Positions 25,501-37,163 of a stretch of 64,000 nucleotides of DNA are shown here, piece after piece (the first letter of the stretch is position 1; each line of letters starts with the position of its first letter). Under the pieces are notes generated by a model. That model worked only from the letters and a program-made list of their open reading frames with translations, ran no database searches and was not told the DNA's origin. The DNA comes from Paraspadella gotoi (taxonomy: Eukaryota > Animalia > Chaetognatha). The position numbers and the translations under genes are program-made. The DNA lies in the NCBI GenBank assembly GCA_051294375.1, contig CM119264.1, positions 29,641,182-29,705,181 of the forward strand. The letters are read 5' to 3'.

Positions 25501-28500
25501 GTATTCAAAACCTAAGATTTTATAAATACTAGTACTTTTCGCTTAACTGACTTTGACGATGTATAATTTAATAAAAAAAATAAAGTACTAACTCAATAAA
25601 AAATATGCACAACACTATAAAAGCTCTGATTTTAGACTGATATCTATAAATTCCCAAAAATGTTTACCAATTGTACAATAGCCAATACTTTAATCAACCA
25701 ATTCACCAGCCCTTTTTAAAAAAGTGCCTTGATAACTCTTTTTATATCTTCATAATGAGGTGTTTTTATTCATATCAAGTAATGATACAGATTGATGCAC
25801 ATAATAGGTTTATAATTGTTAAGTAGTATTTAGTTTTAATATATATGTAGTCGGGCAATGAACGACTACATATATACATACAAATTTGTTCAATTCTGCC
25901 GAAACTTGTCCTCCTTTTTCAATGAATTTTGGAAACGCCTTGAAACTAATGCTTGAAAATAAATTTGAGTCGCTTTTACAATTTATTTCTTCGTTTTAAT
26001 TTAAGTTAAAATTAGTTTTTTTCAATATTTCATTTTTCTCTCAATGTCTCTGCCTTCCACTTTTCTTCGATTGACGATCTTCAGATTGTGACGCGACTCA
26101 ATTAGTCGGATGAAGAACGATGCCAGCGTCGGCCTCAAAGAAAAAAAAGTCCTCTTATTTCGTGGACTGACAGATGGAGGGAGAGACAGACAGAGGAATA
26201 AAAAGACAGCGAAAAATATAGAATGTCTTTCAAAGACGTCTTTTGTTTTAAAAAAACAAATGTTTTATGAGTGGAATTTGTTCTTAACAAAAAGCGAAAA
26301 AGGTTAAGCTGATTATTAGTAAAACTGCTACATATATAATAATAATAATTCCAACTAAAAATATTTCCAAAAAATTTTAAAAATATGTAATGAGCTAAAG
26401 GTTAAGATATACATATATTATATGTATATCGAGATAATCAACTGAGATTTAATAAATATCTTATAAATGACAAAGTTTATGAACATTTGTCAGCAATGAT
26501 GCCCGTAAAAGACAGCGTTTGATACCGATCATTGTCAATCTGAGTTGGCGAATCATTTCGACAATGACGACGAACACCATATTTTTTTACCATTATTAAT
26601 TTTAAATAATTAACCAAGTAAATCCTTAAATCTGTAGTACATAGTAAAATAACGTAAATACCAAACAATTCTGAATTACTTCTCCACTCACTCACTTCAT
26701 CTCTCTCTCCAAGGTGGCGCTTTCTCGACTTCGCCAATCTCTGCTCATCGACGACGAATTGGCGATGATTCGTCAAGAGTTCGAAGCGGAGAAGGCGGCG
26801 CCAAAAGTCGATCTGAAGACTCTCTTCACGTCGCCGTCTTTAACCACGCCCCTTTTGCTCGCTGTCATCCTGCACCTCTCGCAGGTGAGTTCAGATGGGT
26901 TAATTTCTGGGTGGTAAATTCGATTTTTTTCAGGAACGTATGACAAAGAGAAAAATATAACACTTTCTAAAAGATAACTGGCCTTTATAAGTCGCCCCAC
27001 TTTAAATATATTTCTAGAAAGAAAATCGTAATGACAATTCCGACAATTCTGAAGGCTACGGTCGGAATATTCACCCATCAAATCCAAAATGGGTTTAAAT
27101 CTTAATTTATGAACGATTTTAAAATCATTTACGATTGGCTACATTAAATTAAATTTCAAAAACCTTCACAATCTAAATTTTCCCTTTGACCCATTAAACC
27201 ACTACCACCCATCTTACTTTGCAGCAACATTAAACCCTTCCTCAAATTCCCAACCTCCTTTGCAGCAACATTAAACCCTTCCACCCTCTCCCAACCTCCT
27301 TCGCAGCAACATTAAACCCTTCCACCCTCTCCCCTCCCATCCTCCTCCACAGCAACTTTGCGGCATCAACGGCATCTTCTACTACTCTACCGATCTCTTC
27401 AAGAAAGTCAATCTCTCCGAACTGCAAGCCATCTATTGCTCCATCGGTTCGAGCGGCGTCCTCGTGGTGGCGACACTCGTCTCCGTGCCTCTCATGGATT
27501 TGGCGGGAAGACGAACTTTGATGTTGATTGGCGCCGGCGCCATTTTCCTCTTTGAGATTTTGTTGACTATTTTGACGCAGGTTTGGGGAAGGAAGGGTTG
27601 TCTGTAGCTCTCTGTCGCTCTCTCTCGCTCTCTCTCGCTCTCTCTCGCTCGGTAAATTTAGTCTCCCAACCTAATTCTTTTATAAAAAGAACGAACGAGA
27701 TATTTTTGAAATAATGATCTCGTTTTTTATTCTCGTAAGACCAGCAAACCGACATTTCATTCCTTTCGTAACATCTGCATTCTGTAATTCTGTTTGTCCC
27801 CTTTTTTTTGACCAGCTACCATCAGCCCATACCGTCCCCTGCCTTATCTGTCACACACCATCTCTTTCCTTGCACCATCTGCTCATCTCCTTATCTGTCA
27901 AGCGCCATCTTTGTGTTCCCATCTGGTCATTCACGTTGTCCCTCGTCGTCCGCGTGAATTTTTCATCATCACCAGATTTTCTTTTTGCTTTCCTCGATTT
28001 TTTTCTTTTTTTTTCTTTCTTTTCTCTTTTTCTCTTTTTCTCTTTTTCTCTTTTTCTCTTTTTCTCTTTTTCTAATTTTCTCTTTCTTATTCTATTTTCA
28101 TAGCTTCTACACCAACAATAAATCGTTTTGTTTCTATTATTATTCGACCAATATTTTCTCCCTTGTAATGTCAACAGTTGCTGTTTTTTTTTGTTTTTTT
28201 TTTGTCGTAGCACAAAACGGGAATTATTGTATTTCTTTATTTCTCCCTCGTTTCATCCTCTCTCAGTTCCTCCTCTGCCCCTCTCTCATTTTTTTCATAT
28301 CTCCCTTTCTCTTCCTTCACTCTCCCTCTCTCTCTCTCTCCCTCTCTCTCTCCTTCTCTCTCCCATTCTCATTCTCTCTCTCTCTTTCCCTAATCATTAT
28401 CCTTTTTCCGTTTTTTTTTTGCTTCCTTTTCCCCAGATTTCTTCCTTCCTAATCCCTTACCTTATTTTTTATTTACCCATATTTCTATCTGCCACAATGC

Positions 28501-29870
28501 AGCAGAGAAAAAACAAGATTTAGTATCTTCCTATAATTTGCATATTGCAGTTTTATACGTTATTTTAAAAGTTTATTATCATCAATATATATATTAATAT
28601 AATTAACTCCTACTACTACTCCATTTTATATTTCTCTCAACAAACTCCATATTTACTAATATTTACGAATCCATTTACTAATATTTACTAATACCTTTTA
28701 GATTTCTCTCAATCCCTCAATTCCCCCCAACTCCATATTTTCATCCCAATTTCTCTTCTCCTCTTCCTCTTCCTCCCCCCAATCGCCAGGTTTCTTGCGG
28801 CGGCAAAGACGACTGCGGCTACGTGGGCGTGGCTTGCGTCTTTCTGACGGTGGCCTCTTTCGCCATCGGCCCCGGTTCCATTCCCTGGTTCATCCCCGCG
28901 GAATTATTTCCCCAGGGGGCGCGAGCGAACGCCATGAGTTTCGGGGGCGCGTCAATTGGGTTGCGAACTTCGTCGTGGGGCAGACGTTTTCCGTGGGTTT
29001 GGGGTGGGGGGTTGGAAGAAAGAGAGGTGGGGGGCTGTGAGGGGGCGGTGTGGAGGGAGGTGGGCAATAGTAAAAAACGAGGACTCGAATATCGGAAATT
29101 TTGATTGATAAGTTTTTCTGCCGCCTGTTTTTTTTTTTTGGGTTTTTTTTTTCAAATTGAATTTTTTTTTTAGATTTTGCGGTCAGCGTCCGCAAGCAGA
29201 TTCATTTTTTTAAAAAAAATGATGCGCGATAAAATATCGGCTTTCTTTTCCAAAAGCGCCTTATTTCTTCTGCTAAATCTCTGAACTTTATTTTAAGTTT
29301 AATATTCAATTGTAATCTGTAACCATATGCAATTCTTAATTCTAATCCTTAACCCAAATTGATACCCATAACCTAATTTTTAACCCAAACCTTAAACCTT
29401 ATTTTTTTTATTTCTAACCCTAAACCTTAATCCCAAAACCTAATCCATAACCTTAAACCCTAATCTTAAACCCTAACCTTAATCTTTAACCTAATCCCTC
29501 ACCTAATCTACTGCTCAACTTGAACTCGATCTTTAAAATAAAATATTAAATTAATTCCGAATTTGAGACGAAATTGGACGTTTTAGGAAAATACGTTCAA
29601 AAATATCTCCCCCTGTCTTTATATTCATTCACTACCGCCCCATCTTCAACACCCCCCCACCCCACCCCCGCTCTCCACAGTTACCTCCTCTCCTCTATGG
29701 ACACTCTGGCTTTCCTCCCATTCGCCGGACTTCTCCTCCTCTTCTGGATTTTCCTCTTCTTCAAAATGCCCGAGACGAAAAACAAAAGCTTCGAGGAAAT
29801 CAGCGCCATCTTCGGCGGGCGGGGGAAAACCATGGCCGCGCCCACTCCGCGCGGCTACGAGGAGATGTAG
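16525..29870 (+). CDS. SLC2A/GLUT facilitative hexose transporter (MFS sugar porter, GLUT1-4-like), 8 exons, ~507 aa
   Basis: Exons 16525-16673, 16914-17097, 17384-17593, 17957-18145, 26714-26884, 27353-27580, 28790-28992 and 29681-29870 are all GT-AG and phase-consistent (1524 nt). Motifs: LGSSFQFGYN, DKLGRK, IIGRFVSGLNCG, MYLGEIAPVRLRG, SQQLCGINGIFYYS, DLAGRRTL, GPGSIPWFIPAELF, KMPETKNKSFEEI. Exons 4 and 7 each contain a short compensated frameshift. Confidence 0.95.
18146..18680. repeat. G/A-rich tandem repeat at the start of GLUT intron 4
   Basis: Repeated (g)gaggtgaggaagggggga / ggtggggcgga units with many G-runs. Confidence 0.8.
21195..25358 (+). CDS. TTC3: TTC3-like E3 ubiquitin ligase (TPR - coiled coil - TTC3/DZIP3-type helical segment - RING-H2), 3 exons, ~1071 aa, nested in GLUT intron 4
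   Basis: Exons 21195-21274 (MAKGKKGK..., AA|gtaagt), 21823-24771 (bulk of the 999-aa ORF) and 25172-25358; both introns are phase 2. TPR segment LYCNRSLCFLKDKKYEEAMSDALRTIILEPEWSKGHFR; long E/K-rich coiled coil; KLSGLTKSEIV motif. The last exon encodes RING-H2 CPICLDEL...CRHKFHPECISTWLKLKNECPTCR. Confidence 0.85.
25014..25152. mobile_element. Short palindromic (hairpin/MITE-like) element in TTC3-like intron 2
   Basis: atttagagaaaagtttgattgtagtggcaacaacgaatttt... pairs with ...aaattcgttgttgctactacaatctaacttttctttaaat (~55-bp arms). Confidence 0.55.
27221..27345. repeat. 41-bp tandem repeat (x3) at the 3' end of GLUT intron 5
   Basis: gcagcaacattaaacccttcc at 27221, 27262 and 27303. Confidence 0.85.
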
Positions 29871-30487
29871 ACGCGCGGGCGGGGAGGCGTGGGGGGGGCA
29901 GTGACGGTGAGATGTGTGAATGGAATCTGTCGCTCCTGTGCAAATACGGTTGATGGTTGTTAAAATTGATCGCGCGGTAGTAATAATGCTGTGATCCTAG
30001 GAATGAGTTAATAATATATGGTATTAATCATTATTTCTGTGAAATTCCTGAAATTTTGTAGTAAAGTTAAGTACGCTATATATAGTATTCGAACTATTGC
30101 CCTGTCGTTTAGTGATTCGTCAGTAATTGTAATTGTGTCGACATTTTTTTTTCTTTACTGTATATTCGTACACTATACAATATATATTGTCCTTAATTCA
30201 GATAAAATCGTGTTGTTCATTATTTAAAATCATATAGAATTCAATCTTATTTAAATTTGTAAAATATATTATTATACGTCAACGGAATTAACAAATAAAA
30301 ACAACAACAAAAAACACATTTTTTTTTTAAATTTCTTCTGTGAAGCGATTCCGTTTTTTCACACAAATTAAAAAGAAATTTTTGAATTTGACGGAACGAA
30401 TTTTGCGTGAACTGGATTTAGGTTTTTGACCTGTGAAATGTTTTGAGATGGTGAGGGCTGAGGGCGGGAAGAGAGAGAGAGCAGAGG

Positions 30488-30522
<35 letters not shown>

Positions 30523-31849
30523 GCGCTGTTATGACGCAAATGTTTTCCAGCAAAAATTAAACATATTGCGCAAAAATTAATCTTTCGAAAAGAAGAAAAT
30601 CTTTTCTGGTTTTCTCCTTATATTTCTGTTTTCTTTTTTTTTCTATTTTCTTTCACTTTTTTTCTTTTATTCTTGTTTTAACTTTGGTTTCTCTTGTTCA
30701 GTTTAGTTCACAGTTAAACAATGAATATTTCATAAGCTGAATAAAGATATAGATTTCATGGATTCGTGCTATTTCGTTTGACTCTAGCTCTCTCTCTCTA
30801 TTTCTTTATCTCACTCTCTCTTTTCATTTTCTTTCTTTTTCTGAACTTCCTTTTTTTACTCTTTCTTTCAGTTTGAAACTATTCTGCCTTTAATTTTAAA
30901 AAAAGTTAAACTTTTTTCAACCATTTTTTCTTAATGCATTCGAATTTAATATATGCATATACTCATATATGCATATGAGATAAAAACTAGGTTTTTTACA
31001 TTTCACTACTTGCCTAGAGCACCTTTGTCCATAACCATTGTCATGCCTCTGGTCAAGAGAAATACAAGAAAGATACTCAGTTAATGCCTGGTTGGTCCCT
31101 AGCACCCTTAGCTGAAGCAGTAAGACAAAGCTTAGCCCGCCTTTTCAAACAGTCTGGGTAGCGTTTCATTTAAAAGCGCAATTATGGTCCTTTTTATGTG
31201 TGGGACATAACTTTTTTGCGTGTGGTTTTGTTCATGCAGTGGAATTTTAACAAAGGAAAAAAAATAAAAGAATCATTTGTTTCAGAATAAAGAGCTCAAG
31301 GCTTTGAATGGGTGAAAGAATACTCTTTCTCTCTCATTCTCTCGTCTTCTCTCGTCTCTCGCTCGTTCCTGCTACTCTCTCTCTCTCGTCTTCTCTCTCT
31401 CTCTCTCATCTCTCTCCTCTCTCGCGCTCTCCTCTCTCTCGTCTGCTGGCTTAGCCTCAAGCCAGTAACCGAGCGACAATGAGTTATGCCTAAAAATTTT
31501 TTAATAATTTTTTTTTCTCTTTCTTTAATAATGTTTTAACTTTTAAGCTTTAATTTTTCTCATTTATTCTTCTTTTCTTTTATTTTAATGTTTTTCTATT
31601 TTTTTAGGTTTATGAGTCAATTCGCTGCATTTTTTATTCCATCTGAGTTTCCATCTTTTTTCTTTCTATTTCTTTTTCTTTTTCTTTCAAATGATGGATG
31701 AATAAAATCTTTTCAAAAAAAGGTGCTCAGGCAAACGTGGCGTCTTCGGGTCCTAAAAAGAAAGTCTTCCAAGCTGCTTGCAACTTTTCTCTTTGAACCC
31801 AAACGAACAATGCTTACCCAGATGTAGCTTCAGTTCTCTCTAAGATTCT

Positions 31850-32186
31850 CAAATACCGCAGTTTCCTTCAATGCCTGAGCATCACAAATACCGTAGTTTT
31901 CTTAAATGCCTTAGGATCCTCAAATACCGCAGTTTCCTTCAATGCCCGAGCATCACAAATATTGCAGTTTCCTTCAATGCCTTAAGATCCTCAAATACCG
32001 CAGTTTCTTATAATGCCCGAGCATCACAAATACTGCAGTTTTCTTAATTGCCTTAAGATCCTCTAATACCGCAGTTTCCTTCAATTCCTGAGCATGACAA
32101 TGACTGCAGTTTTCTTAAATGCCTTAAGATCCTCAAATACCGCAGTTTCCTTCAATGCCTGAGCATCACGAAAACTGCAGTTTCCT
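31850..32186. repeat. Minisatellite with alternating 35/36-bp units (71-bp higher-order dimer), ~10 monomers
   Basis: Units start at 31850, 31885, 31921, 31956, 31992, 32027, 32063, 32098, 32134 and 32169. Core caaataccgcagtttccttcaatgcc, followed alternately by tgagcatca and ttaagatcct. Confidence 0.9.
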
Positions 32187-32630
32187 TGTGCTCTGCTGTC
32201 GCCGCTCCAATAAAACCTCCGAGCTTAAACGGAGCTCCAAACCGGCGTCTCAAAGGAGCAACGCAACTGCGCAACTGCGCATGCGCCGAATCCACGTCGC
32301 CTCTTAATTTTTCATTTATCTTTTCCTCCATTATTCATTTGAGAGAAAAAGATTCATCGCGAGATTCAGCGTTTCGTTTCCTCGTTCATTTATTCGTTCA
32401 TCACGTCGTTCACTGCGTTGGGGATTTCCTCGTTCTGTCCCTCGTTCATTTTGTTCTATTTGTTTAATATGTTCATTTTGTTCTTTTTCTTTAATTTGTT
32501 CATTTTGATTAATTTGTTCATTTTGTTTATTTTACTTATTTTATTCATTCTTGCATCGGTTCCAAGGTCCATTTGCACATGGAACTCAGCAAATAGAAAA
32601 AAATATCCTATTTCTTTTGAGAGAGAGAAG

Positions 32631-32693
<63 letters not shown>

Positions 32694-33327
32694 AAGAGGA
32701 GAGAGAAAAAGATAGAGACAGAGTTTCCCACGTAATTGACTTATGTTTGTGACCTCCATTTTTTCTGTGGAAACCCAATCCCTATTCCTTTTTCGGGTCA
32801 AATCCACGTCGGCGATCAAATGCTTTATCTCTCTCTCTCTTTCTCACCCTCTCTATTTCTCTCTCCCTCTCTATTTCTATATCTCTCTCTCTCTCTCTCT
32901 CTATTTCTCTATATATCTCTCTCTCTATTTCTATATATATCTCTCTCTCTATCCCTCACTATCTCTCTCTTTCTCTCTCTCTCTCTTTTTCTCTCTCTCT
33001 CTTTCTTTCTCTCTTCCTCTCTCTCTCGCTCTCTCTCTCTTTCTCTCTCTCTCTCTATCTCTCTCTTTATCTCCCTCACTATCTCTCTCTCTTCTTCTCT
33101 CTCTCTAGCATTTTGAAGGTTATTTATCATTTATCTTTTGATGCTTAATATTTAGTAAGAGGAAAACGGCGGGGTTGATGACCTAGGAATTCGGGTTAGT
33201 TTATTTAATATATATAAATGTATGTAAATTTTATTTAAAACATATTTTGAAATTCGCGGCACTTTGATCTTGACCGAGTTTCAAAACTTCGTTTATTAAA
33301 TGGAGTGATTTTTCACTGTCAATAAAA

Positions 33328-33401
<74 letters not shown>

Positions 33402-33492
33402 CTCTCTCCTTTCCATTCTTACTTTTCACTTCGAAGCTGCCCAAGCAATCACCCGACCGTCAATAACACCTTCACCGTACGACTCGATTGCC

Positions 33493-33590
33493 TGATCACG
33501 TGACTCGATTTGTTGATCACGTGACTGCGATGGTTTGATCACGTGACTCCAATGGTTTGATCACGTGACTTAATCGCTTGACCACGGGAT
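33493..33590. promoter_or_regulatory. Phased cluster of E-boxes (TGATCACGTGACT x4)
   Basis: ATCACGTGAC at 33495, 33516, 33538 and 33560 (spacing 21/22/22), plus a degenerate fifth unit at 33581. The function is inferred. Confidence 0.55.
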
Positions 33591-34941
33591 AAAAGTCTAA
33601 AACCCCAGGTGTCGCCAGGCGCTGCGACAACGATCCCCCCATTAAAGACGAAATAACTCGAATCGCCCTTCGAACGGGTAAGCAAAGGGTAAGCATTACA
33701 AGGTAAGCAAACGTAAAAATTACTAGGTAAGAAAATGGTAAGCATTACCAAGTACACAGGTAAATAGTTCTTTATGGAACATTATAATTAAGGGTAATAT
33801 TTCCAAAAAAAAGTTTCATTTTAATTTAAAATTCTTTAATAAATCTCTTCGATTTGTAAACAATTCCCAAGCATTTGATATGTTGAAAGTGAAAACAAAT
33901 AAATAAATCGACGACGAAAATGACGACGAAAACGACGACGACGACGACGACGAAGACGACGACGCCTCAAAGTCATAAAATCTAAAAATAGCATCAACTT
34001 TTCAACACCCAAAGTAACAAAAGGCTTTTTTTTTAGTTGGCGAAGCGAGCGCCATCGCACGGCGGCCGTTTAAAAAAAAAAAGACAACTAACGACAATCA
34101 TTAAAAAATAAGAAAAAGTTAAAAGAGCGGAGGTTTTTCGGATGCAAGCACCAAGCAGCAAGCACCAAGCACCAAGCCCCAAGCAGTTGCTTCCCGAGAT
34201 TCGCGTCCGAAAATAGAAATAAACTTACCTGCGAATTCCGAGGATGCGAGAAATCAAAAGCGAAAGGGAAAAAGAATAGAGATGAGTAACTCGATGGTTC
34301 GATGTTATGGTGTTACGTATTCGGTATAGGAGAACTGAATACGAGTTGCTACGACACTATGAGTTGATTTACTACATTTATATATATATATATAATAGGA
34401 GTAATATGCTTGTTATCTAAAACTGAGCAAAATATGTGTAGTTTGTTCAAATTTGATAGAATATAAGCTGCTCGATTTTGTAATACTACGGGCAAGTCGC
34501 AAAGAGCGAAAGGAAGAACAAAGGATGAGAAAAAGAAGAACAAAGTTGAACAGTAAAAGGCAAACAACGAACAGCGAACATCTAATGGCGAACAACAAAT
34601 GTTGAACGGCTAATAGCCAGAGGCCAACGGCCAACGTGGAGGGTCGAACGTCGAATGGCGAACTGCTGAAAGGAGAACGGCGAAAAGGCGAACAGCGAAA
34701 AAGCGAACAGCGAAAAGGAGAACAGCGAAAAGGCGAACTCCGAGTGTCATGAACTCAATAAAAGTCAATGAAAAAACATAAAAAGCGAAATTCGTTGGAA
34801 AATCGCTGGCGTCAGATTTGAGCTGAAAAGTGGAAAGAGGTAAGTCAATTTCCCGAAGGAAAGAGAAAAAAAAGGAAGTCTTTTCCGGAAATTATCCCTC
34901 GTGAATCTCTCTCTCTCTCTCTCTTCTCTCTCTCCTCTCTC

Positions 34942-34995
<54 letters not shown>

Positions 34996-35086
34996 GAAAC
35001 CCGAATCGAGAGAGTGAGCCGTGAAACGTGATGGCGCGACATTTCTCGCCTCTCGTCTCACAGTCCTACTTCCGGTTCCACCCGGA

Positions 35087-35130
<44 letters not shown>

Positions 35131-35263
35131 GCCAACAAATCTTTTCCATCAAAAATCCTTTTATGCGAAGTAATGAATTTTGACGCGAAAGAAAAAAATG
35201 GAAGAAATTATGGGTCGCGTTTGTCCACACGTAAAAAAATGCCTTCGTCTATGTGTGTGTGTT

Positions 35264-36234
35264 TAGGGCGTTGAAAAATAACGAAATATAACAAATCAAG
35301 TGAGGTACATAGCTATTTAGTGTAATAAAGTCTGTAGAATTTGATGATGATAACCATTTTTTTGTATAGTCTCATCTTCTTTGTCGGAAATGGCGATTTT
35401 TGCAGCATATAAGGTGCTATTAAAATGGAGCAAACATTGTAGAGTATAAGAAACTCAAATTATTAAGATTTTATAAAAGCCATATTTAACTTACATAATA
35501 TGAAAATAAAGACCCATATAAATATTTTGGTAAGTTTATTTACAAATTTTATATTTTATTAATAGTTTGTTAGCTATATTTATTAATAAATAATAATAAA
35601 AAATAAGCTAAAGTGAAAAAATAAAAATTTTAAAATTTTAAAACCAGATTTGAATTCCTTACAAAAAGTGATATAAGAAAATATAATCCATTTTAAAAAA
35701 TTCTTTCATTAAGTAGGTTAAAATATTAACAACTATTATTTTTGTTTAATTTTTCAATTTTGGGCTTAAAATTATAGTTTTCTGAATTTTGACCAACTTA
35801 ATGACATAATTTTGATTTAAAAATTATATTTTCTTATATCAACTTTTTGCAAAGAATGCAAATCCATGAAAAAATTTTTGAAATTATTATTTTTTAACTT
35901 TAGCCCAATTTTTACTCATAATTATTAATAAATATAGTTAACTAACTTTTATAAAACATAAAATTTAGAAATAAACTTACCAAAATATTTTTATTAATCT
36001 TTATTTTATATTTCAAAAGCTCATATAAATTTTATAAAATTTTAATAATTTGATTTATCATAACTTATAATGGTTTTAATAATTTTATATACATTAAAAA
36101 CCTTTATTTTCGACAAGAAAGATAAAATATAACAAAAAAATGGTCATCACCATCGAATTCTACAGACTACATTACACTAAAATAGCTATGTACCTCACTT
36201 GATTTGTTATATTTTGTTATTTTTCAACGCTCTG
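35264..36234. mobile_element. ~970-bp foldback/MITE-like element, copy A
   Basis: Ends are TAGGGCGTTGAAAAATAAC... and ...GTTATTTTTCAACGCTCTG. The arms stay complementary far into the interior. (TG)n flanks both sides. Confidence 0.7.
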
Positions 36235-36261
36235 TGTGTGTGTATGAGAGAAAGAGAGAGA

Positions 36262-36364
<103 letters not shown>

Positions 36365-37104
36365 AGAGCCAAAAAAGGCCCGGGAATTCAGTTTATTTGC
36401 TCAGTTGATGCATAAAAACGCTAATCTAACTAAGAAAATGCAACCACAGCAAATATTTAAACGTTATATTGATGCGGGAATGTTTTAACAGTTTCACTGT
36501 TTAAATAAATTCCACATTTTTATAATATATATTTTTTTTAATTCGTCAAATTAGACAATTTGGATTTTTCTCTTATTTTCTTCATTTTTCTTAGAGTTCA
36601 ATCGCACAATTTTAAACACGCTACAATCTAGTTGAGTCAATGCACCAAAAAAAAATACCACGCACACTCTTGTACCCACACAAACACACAATATACACAC
36701 ATATACTTTCGAACCCACATTAAATCCGTCCGTACTAAAATAAACGTCACGCACCGATTTCGTCCGTTCGCCCGTACAGATGATCCCCCGCGCTCCGGCC
36801 GCGTTCATTTTCTTTTTATTGTTTTTAATTTAGTTTTTATTTATTAATTTATTTTTTATAAAACTCAATTCTTATTCCTTCTTTTTAGGCGTCGTTTTCA
36901 CCTTCGTCGTATCCCATTCGGTTTTTCGCTGTCGATGCTATTTTGTTCCATTCTTTTTTCTTTTGTTCGTCTGGATTCCATTTTTTTTCTCTTGAAAATA
37001 AAAGATGGTTTTAAAAGCGTCGAATGGTGTGGAAGAGAGAAAAAAAAAAGGGAAAAGAAAGAAAGAAAGAAAGAAAGAAAGAAACAAATATAAAAAAATA
37101 AATA

Positions 37105-37163
<59 letters not shown>

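Noticed and set aside
27440-27520. Loss of the GLUT1 TM8 Asn (GVLVVAT instead of GIVNTAF)
   Set aside because: To my recollection, a hydrophobic residue here also occurs in invertebrate Glut1-type proteins, so it is not clearly unusual.
31850-32186. CRISPR-like appearance of regularly spaced ~35-bp units
   Set aside because: There are no unique spacers; the units are contiguous, the context is eukaryotic and no cas genes are present.
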